Below, piece by piece: positions 38,649 to 45,625 of a stretch of DNA of 64,000 nt. The translations under genes and the position numbers were made by a program. The notes beneath the pieces are model-generated. The model was given only the letters and a program-made list of their open reading frames with translations, was not told where the DNA came from and did no database searches. Origin of the DNA: an uncultured virus (IMG/VR IMGVR_UViG_3300021084_000006) (taxonomy: Duplodnaviria > Heunggongvirae > Uroviricota > Caudoviricetes); the IMG/VR virus record IMGVR_UViG_3300021084_000006, positions 1-64,000 of that record. One strand, 5' to 3'. How positions within the stretch are numbered: position 1 is the stretch's first letter; the number at the start of each line of letters is the position of its first letter.

Positions 38649-38835
38649 ATTCTGCATGATATAGTGAGTCTATAAAGATACGTCTTTCACGTTCATCCCT
38701 TATAGAATCTTGTTTGGTATAGATGATTGTGTCTTGACCATCTACGTACCAGTCTATCACGTTAGGGTCTTTATCCGGTTTATACTCCGATTTGCAACCT
38801 AGGCAAACCAAGAGTAATAACACACTAACCTTCAC
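38647..38835 (-). CDS. Small putative lipoprotein
   Basis: MKVSVLLLLVCLG-C signal peptide with lipobox-like LGC; GTG start overlapping the nrdA end. Confidence 0.55.
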   Translation of the reverse strand: MKVSVLLLLVCLGCKSEYKPDKDPNVIDWYVDGQDTIIYTKQDSIRDERERRIFIDSLYHAE

Positions 38836-40450
38836 AACTAGAACACTCTAATATATTACGAGCAAAGTCTTGAGCACTACTCTTACTAAACTGATAGTAC
38901 AAAGTCTTTACACCTTCTTCCCAAGCATACATGTAAAGCTTATTAATATCTTTAGCTGATACTGACGGGTCAATCATTAAGTTTAATGACTGTGACTGGT
39001 CAATGTACTTTTGTCTTTGTGCTGCTTGAAGTACGAGCTCTTTTGGAGATATCTCAACAAAAGACTTGAACACTGCTTTAGTAGGGAAATCTAAGTGTTG
39101 CACACTACCATCTTTCTTTAGGATAGACTTCCAAGTCTTGTCTGTATTTAGACCATAGGTTTCAAGTTCCTCTTCTAAGAAGGGATTCTTGTAAATAGTC
39201 TTAGACTTAGCAAGATCCTTAATAAAGTAGTTAGACTTAATAGGCTCTATACCCATAGACACGGCACCGTGGATAAATGAACTAGACTTAGTAGGAGCAA
39301 TAGCCATAAGAGTGGTGTTAGCATATCCTTCTCTAAGAGAAGTGTATCCATACTCATTATGCAATTCTCTAGAAGCAATCTCACTTCTATCTTTAAGTGT
39401 TCTAAAAATTTCACTGTTCAATCCTTTAGCTTGCAATGAGTCAAACTCAAGAAGCTTTGATTGAAACAAAGAGTGATATCCTAACACACCAAGACCAATT
39501 GCTCTATGCTTCTCAGCAAAGTTAAACGCTCTCTTCATGCCCGGCATAGTCTCAGACTTAATAATGAATTCATCCATTACTGCATTTAAGAAATACACAT
39601 ATGTTTCAATTGCATCAGTTTCTTTTATCTGGTCCCAATGTAATAGGTTAATAGAACCTAAGCAACATACAAAAGAATTATAACTATCAGTAGGAAGCTG
39701 GATCTCTGAACATAAATTAGATGCTGTGATATCCATTCCAAGTTCTTTATAAGGAGAATTGTTATTGGAGTTATCCTTAAACATAATATAAGGAAATCCA
39801 AACTCACTCCTGTTCTGAATGATCTTAGCCCATACTTTACGTTTAGCTTTATCTCCTTCCTTCATTTCATTCATCCATTGATCAGTAACTGTAACACCAT
39901 ACTGTAAATTTTGTATAGGATTACCCTCTGTACCAATATCTAAGAACTCTAAGATATCCGCATGCTCAACTGGTAGGTATACTGCACAAGCACCACGTCT
40001 GGCCTCAGACTGCTTGCAAACGTCCACTACAGTATCATATATCTTAGCGTAGTGCACTGGACCATCAGCAAAACCACCTGTAGATATTTCAGTTCCTCTT
40101 GCTCTAATGTTGCCAATAAAAGCACTTGTACCTCCGCCATATTTACTCATCATTCCAATTTCACGGCCTGCATTTAATATGCTATCTAAGTTATCATCAA
40201 CATTAGATCCGTAGCAGCTTATAGGTAAACCTTTTTGTTTACCAAAGTTAATCCATACAGGAGTAGACAAAGAGTAAAATCCTCTTGCCATATAATCCTC
40301 AAACTTTTCTGCAAAGCCTTTTATATTCAAATACTTTTCTGCTTTAATAGCAATGTCTTTGATTCTTTGTTCAGGGCTTTCTGATATATACCCTCTTGAT
40401 AAAAATGTGCGGCTGTCTTCATTCAGCCAGTAGTATTTATTATATTCCAT
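38825..40450 (-). CDS. nrdA: Ribonucleotide reductase class I alpha subunit (short, no ATP-cone)
   Basis: PISC, GGG, NLCSEI active-site loop, APTKSSS, DQSQSLN, KTLYY, C-terminal CSSCEG. Confidence 0.95.
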   Translation of the reverse strand: MEYNKYYWLNEDSRTFLSRGYISESPEQRIKDIAIKAEKYLNIKGFAEKFEDYMARGFYSLSTPVWINFGKQKGLPISCYGSNVDDNLDSILNAGREIGMMSKYGGGTSAFIGNIRARGTEISTGGFADGPVHYAKIYDTVVDVCKQSEARRGACAVYLPVEHADILEFLDIGTEGNPIQNLQYGVTVTDQWMNEMKEGDKAKRKVWAKIIQNRSEFGFPYIMFKDNSNNNSPYKELGMDITASNLCSEIQLPTDSYNSFVCCLGSINLLHWDQIKETDAIETYVYFLNAVMDEFIIKSETMPGMKRAFNFAEKHRAIGLGVLGYHSLFQSKLLEFDSLQAKGLNSEIFRTLKDRSEIASRELHNEYGYTSLREGYANTTLMAIAPTKSSSFIHGAVSMGIEPIKSNYFIKDLAKSKTIYKNPFLEEELETYGLNTDKTWKSILKKDGSVQHLDFPTKAVFKSFVEISPKELVLQAAQRQKYIDQSQSLNLMIDPSVSAKDINKLYMYAWEEGVKTLYYQFSKSSAQDFARNILECSSCEG

Positions 40451-40456
40451 ATTGTT

Positions 40457-40648
40457 TTAGTTTTTATTTCCGTTTTGTTTCCAATCAATCCAAAAGCCTA
40501 TAGCCACCATTAAGTGTAAAAAAATAGACAGTGCATATTCATAAAAGTTATGCCAAGTAGCAAAATGCAAATGTACATGACCAATTATCCAAAAAGGTAT
40601 AGCCATTTGCTGACTATACCATATAAGAAAAAATTTTATAAACTTCAT
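40457..40648 (-). CDS. Small membrane protein, two hydrophobic segments, His/Trp-rich
   Basis: 63-aa ORF between nrdB and nrdA. Confidence 0.6.
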   Translation of the reverse strand: MKFIKFFLIWYSQQMAIPFWIIGHVHLHFATWHNFYEYALSIFLHLMVAIGFWIDWKQNGNKN

Positions 40649-40667
40649 CTCTCTTTGGTGTTAAAGG

Positions 40668-41648
40668 TTAAAAAAGATCATCTTCTGTAATAGACTTACT
40701 TTTTTTATTATAATCAACACTCTTCTTATAAAAGAAATCTCCTTCTTTAGTGCCAGTAATTTCTATATCAAACCATTCTACTGCTTTCAATATTTCCTGA
40801 TTTACCTCAAAGATGGGCTTCATACCTATCTTATCTAAAGAGTTGTTGAATCTGTTTCTTATAAAATGTTGTATTGTTTCTTTAGGTAGAAAACTAAGTT
40901 CTCCTTTCTCAAAGATCCAATCAAGTATACCACACTCTGCACTATAAGCTTTCATGCATGCAGAGTAGATCAAATCTTCAAATTCTTTATCAAACCATTC
41001 TGGATTTTCTCTTTTGATTATATTAATAATCTCAGCACCAAAATTACCATGTATCTCCTCTTCTTTACTGGTGGCCTCAACAACATTAGATATACCTTTA
41101 AGTACATTCTTTTCTTTGTTAAAGCTCATCATAATTAAGAACTGACTAAATAGACTTACGTGCTCTATAAATAAAGAGAATAATAATACAGACTTAGTAT
41201 ACATTTTATTGTCTCTAGAACGTGTACCATCTAGGTACTTTTTTAAGTACTTAAGTCTACCTTCTATTGCAGGCACTTCAACCACTGATTGAAACTCTTT
41301 TTCTAAACCTAAGATTCTCAACAGTCTAGCATAAGCATCTTTGTGCCTAACTTCTGATTCAGCAAATGTAAATCCTACATCACCAATCTCAGTAATAGGC
41401 ATTCTTTTATATAGATCACCCCAAAAAGTTTTTACATTAACTTCTATCTGGGCAATTGCTAACATAGTTTTTTTAATAACATCCCTTTCTGCTGATGTGA
41501 TAGTTACTTTAAAATCTTGTATGTCTTCTGTAAAATTAAACTCAGTATCAATCCAATATGAATGTCTAATAGCATCTTTGTATGCTAGCAATTGAGGATA
41601 CTCATAAGGTAATATGTTTTGTCTTGGTAAGAAAATGTTTTTATTCAT
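40668..41648 (-). CDS. nrdB: Ribonucleotide reductase class I beta subunit (class Id-like)
   Basis: Ferritin-like ligands QIE69, EVRH, IEHVSLF, EEIH; Tyr at H+4; Lys73; C-terminal DFF..DY tail. Confidence 0.95.
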   Translation of the reverse strand: MNKNIFLPRQNILPYEYPQLLAYKDAIRHSYWIDTEFNFTEDIQDFKVTITSAERDVIKKTMLAIAQIEVNVKTFWGDLYKRMPITEIGDVGFTFAESEVRHKDAYARLLRILGLEKEFQSVVEVPAIEGRLKYLKKYLDGTRSRDNKMYTKSVLLFSLFIEHVSLFSQFLIMMSFNKEKNVLKGISNVVEATSKEEEIHGNFGAEIINIIKRENPEWFDKEFEDLIYSACMKAYSAECGILDWIFEKGELSFLPKETIQHFIRNRFNNSLDKIGMKPIFEVNQEILKAVEWFDIEITGTKEGDFFYKKSVDYNKKSKSITEDDLF

Positions 41649-41668
41649 ATGATTATTTTTTAATGTGG

Positions 41669-41701
41669 AAAAAAAAACTGCATCCCTTTTGAGAGATACA
41701 G
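41669..41701 (-). terminator. Intrinsic terminator-like hairpin directly upstream of nrdB
   Basis: Minus strand CTGTATCTC-TCAAAA-GGGATGCAG-T9: 9-bp stem that closes only on the minus strand via two G.U pairs. Confidence 0.65.
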
Positions 41702-41727
41702 CTCTTGTTCAATTTAAGAAATATAAC

Positions 41728-41737
41728 TGTAAATATA
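41728..41737 (-). promoter_or_regulatory. Putative promoter element TATATTTACA
   Basis: The same 10-mer occurs at 50651-50660 upstream of another minus-strand gene; one mismatch to Bacteroidota TAnnTTTG. Confidence 0.45.
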
Positions 41738-41740
41738 AAA

Positions 41741-41929
41741 TTATTGAGTCATATTAGCAAAAGAAATTGTGAAAAATATAAGACCAAACTCTACTCCAAG
41801 TACTGGACGATAGATGTCATCTTCACATAAGACTTCACAGTTTACTATTTTAATGCCTAATAGTGTTTCTGTAGGAAGAAACTCTATAGCTAGTTTATTT
41901 TTAAAAATTAAAGGATTTACTTTTTTCAT
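41741..41929 (-). CDS. Hypothetical protein
   Basis: 62-aa ORF with ATG filling the gap before the divergent intergenic region. Confidence 0.55.
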   Translation of the reverse strand: MKKVNPLIFKNKLAIEFLPTETLLGIKIVNCEVLCEDDIYRPVLGVEFGLIFFTISFANMTQ

Positions 41930-41939
41930 AAAATTAGAA

Positions 41940-41950
41940 TTTGTATATTA
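41940..41950 (+). promoter_or_regulatory. Putative promoter element TTTGTATATTA (copy 2)
   Basis: In the divergent intergenic region, 36 nt before ATG 41987. Confidence 0.55.
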
Positions 41951-41986
41951 AGTATATACCATTATTGCAAAGATATATATTTTATT

Positions 41987-42370
41987 ATGAGCCATTGGAA
42001 AAAAATTAAGAATTTATTTTGGTACTCTGACAGTGAGCCAACTGAATTGCTTATATCTTTCTGCTATATATTGGCTCTTCCAGCATGTATGATACAAGAA
42101 TTCAGCAACCCTAATATTATTTTTATAATAGGGGGTGTTCTCATAGGTTTATTTCAGTTGTGGTCAGTTTTATATAATGTAGTAACAAAAAATTGTTTAA
42201 GTTATAGACTTCTTGCCACAAAGCTCTCATCAATATTAGCCGTTATAGTTGTAGTTAATCTATATATAGAAGGTGTAATGAGAGGAACCAATATTGAGTG
42301 GATAATCATTATGCTTTTTGCTTTTTGGAATACAATAAGATTGTTTAAAGAAAAAATAGAAAGAGAATAA
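41987..42370 (+). CDS. Membrane protein, about 4 TM segments (possible lysis-related)
   Basis: Four hydrophobic stretches; stop overlaps the next start. Confidence 0.6.
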   Translation: MSHWKKIKNLFWYSDSEPTELLISFCYILALPACMIQEFSNPNIIFIIGGVLIGLFQLWSVLYNVVTKNCLSYRLLATKLSSILAVIVVVNLYIEGVMRGTNIEWIIIMLFAFWNTIRLFKEKIERE

Positions 42371-42681
42371 TGGATCCTGTAGTACAAATAGTTATAACAA
42401 TAATAGGGGTCTTAGGCTCTGGTGCAATCTGGAAATATCTTGAAGCAAGGTTAAGAGTGAATTCAGATGAAAAAAAATTAGAATTACAAAACAATGATGG
42501 CGTGCAATATAGAGACGATTTAAAAAACAGAGTTAGAAACCTTGAGGCAATGCTAGCTAACTCAAGCAATGAGAAAGACACGCTTAGACAGCAAGTACTA
42601 GACTTAGTAGCTGAAGTTAATACATTAAGAGTTAAAGTTGAGTTTCTTGAAAAAGAGAACCAACGTTTAAAGAATAAGTAA
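42370..42681 (+). CDS. N-terminal TM anchor + coiled-coil protein (holin/antiholin-like)
   Basis: 'VQIVITIIGVLGSGAIWKY' then heptad repeats 'LRQQVLDLVAEVNTLRVKVEFLEKEN'. Confidence 0.55.
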   Translation: MDPVVQIVITIIGVLGSGAIWKYLEARLRVNSDEKKLELQNNDGVQYRDDLKNRVRNLEAMLANSSNEKDTLRQQVLDLVAEVNTLRVKVEFLEKENQRLKNK

Positions 42682-42711
42682 ACTTTAAATATTTGGAAAA
42701 GTTTCTTAAAT

Positions 42712-42722
42712 TTTGTATATTA
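42712..42722 (+). promoter_or_regulatory. Putative promoter element TTTGTATATTA (copy 3)
   Basis: Intergenic, 27 nt before ATG 42750. Confidence 0.55.
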
Positions 42723-42749
42723 TAGTATATAGTAACTTAAATATTTAAC

Positions 42750-42911
42750 ATGATAAAAAGATTTTTTTATTTAGTATGGACAAGCAGTCTCCAAGATATA
42801 TGGAGATACTTGTGGTCTTTAACATCAATAGATGAGAAGACTGTTGCAGTTGTTAAAGAAACAAAGAAAAGAACCAAGGCTGTTAAAAAGGCTATTAAAG
42901 GAAAAAAATAA
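42750..42911 (+). CDS. Small basic protein (53 aa), not in ORF track
   Basis: Manual translation MIKRFFYLVWTSSLQDIWRYLWSLTSIDEKTVAVVKETKKRTKAVKKAIKGKK*; follows promoter motif; stop abuts ATG 42913. Confidence 0.6.
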   Translation: MIKRFFYLVWTSSLQDIWRYLWSLTSIDEKTVAVVKETKKRTKAVKKAIKGKK

Positions 42912-42912
42912 C

Positions 42913-43059
42913 ATGGGTGATTGGACATTAGAAATAGCATTCCATTGGCCTCATAACAGATTAGCTCTGGGATGGGAAACTATAATGCCTGATGAAGAGT
43001 ACAATTATAGTACTATAAAAGTCTATTTATTATTTGTAACACTCACTTTAGATTTTTAA
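42913..43059 (+). CDS. Hypothetical protein (48 aa)
   Basis: MGDWTLEIAFHWPH..; start revised from 42832 to avoid an 80-nt overlap with the preceding ORF. Confidence 0.55.
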   Translation: MGDWTLEIAFHWPHNRLALGWETIMPDEEYNYSTIKVYLLFVTLTLDF

Positions 43060-43062
43060 ACT

Positions 43063-43290
43063 ATGAAAAAGATAAATGTAAAAACACAAAAGGGATTAGT
43101 TGCTTTAAAAAAGAAAGCTCCTGAAGTTGTTAAAGATATGGGTTATTTCAAATTAGGTGGTGGCACTCATAATACATTTAGTGGTTTACCTAAAAAACAA
43201 ATTGGTGGTACATCTCCTGAGTTGATGCCAACAACAGAGAATAAAAACAATGCTGTAGATAGTATTAAGAAAAATTCTTTTGTAAGATAA
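43063..43290 (+). CDS. Small basic protein with two xxGG motifs
   Basis: 'KGLVALKKKAPEVVKDMGYFKLGG', 'KKQIGG'. Confidence 0.6.
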   Translation: MKKINVKTQKGLVALKKKAPEVVKDMGYFKLGGGTHNTFSGLPKKQIGGTSPELMPTTENKNNAVDSIKKNSFVR

Positions 43291-44216
43291 TGAATATTTT
43301 AACTGACATATTAAGTTTATTTAAACGCAAGAAATTTGTTAAAGAAGCTAAAGCTAATGATGTATTAGTTTTAGGTCTTAATGAAGAACCTGACATGACG
43401 GGTGTTGCATCTCCAATTCCTTATAAAAGTGTAAGGTTAATAAAGGTGAAAGATTTGGTTGTAAAAGGTGAAGCATGTGAATATAATAATGTAGTCAATG
43501 GTACAGGTACTAAACCTTCTTATGTATATAGAGATACTACAGAAGATCCATGCTCAGTTAATTTACGTTCAATTGCAGCTACTGGTAATTATATTAGTGT
43601 ATTAACAAATAATAATGAAATTGAAATTTCTACAACTGCTGAACCAAATAGAGCAGCAAATGTAGGTAGAGGAACTGGTGTATTTAGAGATAAAACAGGA
43701 GCTTTATTAAACTTCAAATCTCTTGTTGGTGGTGGTGATGTTACTATAAGTGACGATGGTGATACAATACAAATTACTTCAACCGGTGGTGGTGGTGGAG
43801 TAACTAGCATTATTGCAGGTGACGGTATCTCTGTTAATAGATCAACAGGTGATGTAACTGTAACAGCTACAACTGCTCCTCCAACTTTATATGCAGCCGG
43901 GTTAACACAATTTAATAATAATGCACCAACCTTGAATGTATTTGCTAATTCAATTAATAGAATTGTAACAGCTACATATGTAGATGTTGGTGTATATCAA
44001 TTTGAATTTAGTGTACCAGTTAATATTAATAGAACAGCAATAAAGTGTTCATTAACAGGACAATCTCATCCGTTTTTGTTTAACGTTTCTAATCAAACAT
44101 CAAACGGATTTAGAATATATACATATATTGTTGATGAGACAGGCGCAACTGTTCTTAAGGATGGTATATTATTTAAGACACCATTAGAAATTATTGTTTA
44201 CCCAGAAGAACCATAA
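43290..44216 (+). CDS. Short tail fibre/spike-like protein
   Basis: G/T-rich beta repeats 'GGGGGVTSIIAGDGISV..TGDVTV', 'LNFKSLVGG'; N- and C-terminal similarity to the 45626 fibre. Confidence 0.6.
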   Translation: MNILTDILSLFKRKKFVKEAKANDVLVLGLNEEPDMTGVASPIPYKSVRLIKVKDLVVKGEACEYNNVVNGTGTKPSYVYRDTTEDPCSVNLRSIAATGNYISVLTNNNEIEISTTAEPNRAANVGRGTGVFRDKTGALLNFKSLVGGGDVTISDDGDTIQITSTGGGGGVTSIIAGDGISVNRSTGDVTVTATTAPPTLYAAGLTQFNNNAPTLNVFANSINRIVTATYVDVGVYQFEFSVPVNINRTAIKCSLTGQSHPFLFNVSNQTSNGFRIYTYIVDETGATVLKDGILFKTPLEIIVYPEEP

Positions 44217-44219
44217 GCT

Positions 44220-44693
44220 ATGAGTGATAAAAAACCCAAAAAGAAGTTTAAAGATACTAAAGTAGGACAGTTCCTTACAAAGAAGGTTCCAAGTATATTA
44301 GGTATTGCAGGAGAATTACTTCCTGATGCAGGCGTTTTAGGTATGGTTAAATCTTTAATAGAAAAAGAACCAGCTTTATCTCCAGTAGATAAAGAGACTG
44401 CTTTAAAGTTATTAGAGCAAGATATGGTTGAAATGCAAGAAGTAAGCAAGCGTTGGGTCAGTGACATGAGTTCTGATTCTTGGCTTAGTAAAAATACAAG
44501 ACCAATGACTTTGATATTTTTAACTATATCAATGGTAATATTTATGTTGTTGGACAGTTCTGAAATTGACTTTAAGGTAGACTCAGTATGGGTAGACTTA
44601 TTAAAGTCATTATTAATAACAGTCTATGTAGCTTACTTTGGTTCAAGGGGAGCTGAGAAATTTAAAACAATTAGTAATAAAAATAAAAATTAG
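44220..44693 (+). CDS. Holin-like protein (GTA 3TM holin / DUF3154-type)
   Basis: 'RWVSDMSSDSWLSKNTRP', two TM helices, 'YFGSRGAEK'. Confidence 0.7.
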   Translation: MSDKKPKKKFKDTKVGQFLTKKVPSILGIAGELLPDAGVLGMVKSLIEKEPALSPVDKETALKLLEQDMVEMQEVSKRWVSDMSSDSWLSKNTRPMTLIFLTISMVIFMLLDSSEIDFKVDSVWVDLLKSLLITVYVAYFGSRGAEKFKTISNKNKN

Positions 44694-44698
44694 AAATT

Positions 44699-44956
44699 AT
44701 GTCAAGAAGTAATAAAGTAGGACCCAAGTATGGTAATGGTGGTTCAACAATGCAAAGCACAGATAAATATACATATGGTGGTGGATTTACAATGGGTGCT
44801 GGAGACGGAGATATGACTCCGGGTAAAGCAGGAATGAGAGCAATGGCCAAAGGTGGTGGCTTAATGGGCTTCATGGAAGGTGGAGATGTTACACAACCAG
44901 GTTCAATGGACTACTACAAAATGGGTGGTGGCAAAGGTAAATGCTGCGGCAAATAA
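44699..44956 (+). CDS. Gly/Met-rich small protein made largely of xxGG motifs
   Basis: YGNGG, YTYGG, MAKGG, FMEGG, YKMGG; ends KCCGK. Confidence 0.6.
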   Translation: MSRSNKVGPKYGNGGSTMQSTDKYTYGGGFTMGAGDGDMTPGKAGMRAMAKGGGLMGFMEGGDVTQPGSMDYYKMGGGKGKCCGK

Positions 44957-44980
44957 TAATTAACTTTTAAAAATATAACT

Positions 44981-45064
44981 ATGAAACAAGGACAGCAATG
45001 TATATGTGGTGAAACACAAAACTCAGAAGGTTTATGTGACGGATCACATGCTTCATGTAAATAA
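44981..45064 (+). CDS. 27-aa CDGSH iron-sulfur domain microprotein, not in ORF track
   Basis: MKQGQQCICGETQNSEGLCDGSHASCK*: CxCx2T..CDGSH; AT-rich leader 'ataact-ATG'; fits cleanly between neighbours. Confidence 0.75.
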   Translation: MKQGQQCICGETQNSEGLCDGSHASCK

Positions 45065-45071
45065 ACAAATT

Positions 45072-45269
45072 ATGGCAAAGACAAATAAAGTAGAAAATGG
45101 ATATTTTGATCCAACCTCTATACCGGCAAAGATACAAGCAAAAAAGAATGCAACTGCTACAGCAACTAGAATGAGGTTGGCAGCACGTGGTTCTCAAGCA
45201 AAACAAGTATCTACTAGAGCAACAGAACCAGTACAATCAGAAGCTTTTAAAAAAGGATATTGTAAATAA
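45072..45269 (+). CDS. Small basic hypothetical protein (65 aa)
   Basis: MAKTNKVENGYFDP..GYCK; start revised from GTG 45006, which would overlap the CDGSH ORF. Confidence 0.6.
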   Translation: MAKTNKVENGYFDPTSIPAKIQAKKNATATATRMRLAARGSQAKQVSTRATEPVQSEAFKKGYCK

Positions 45270-45277
45270 ATTATAAA

Positions 45278-45622
45278 ATGGCATTAATTCCACAACAACA
45301 AATAACTCAATCTGGTCTAGTTCCAGCATATACTGCTGCATTATTAGCAGGAAATGTTTTACAGAATACAGGAATACAGTACTTTCATATTAGAAATGAG
45401 AGTGCTTCTTCAGTTACAGCAACAGTAGTCCCTGTAATAACAACTGTAATAGATCCGGGACTGGGGGAACTTGTAAAGGAAAATGCTGTCTTAACTTTAG
45501 CTGCAGGTGAAGCTGGTTTCCTAGGGCCTTTTGAAACAAAAGCATTTAACAGTCCAGAAGGACAAATAACACTAACTTACACTTCTGTAACATCAGTTAC
45601 AGTAGCGGCATTATATATTTAA
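45278..45622 (+). CDS. Small beta-rich putative structural protein
   Basis: T/V/A-rich, 'YFHIRNES..TLAAGEAGFLGPF..ITLTYTSVTSVTVA'. Confidence 0.55.
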   Translation: MALIPQQQITQSGLVPAYTAALLAGNVLQNTGIQYFHIRNESASSVTATVVPVITTVIDPGLGELVKENAVLTLAAGEAGFLGPFETKAFNSPEGQITLTYTSVTSVTVAALYI

Positions 45623-45625
45623 ATT

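Noticed and set aside
42832..42912. Track start of the 75-aa ORF at 42832
   Set aside because: This extension is an off-frame shadow of the 42750-42911 ORF; ATG 42913 fits better
45006..45071. Track GTG start of the 87-aa ORF
   Set aside because: Overlaps the CDGSH ORF in another frame; ATG 45072 has a typical A-rich leader
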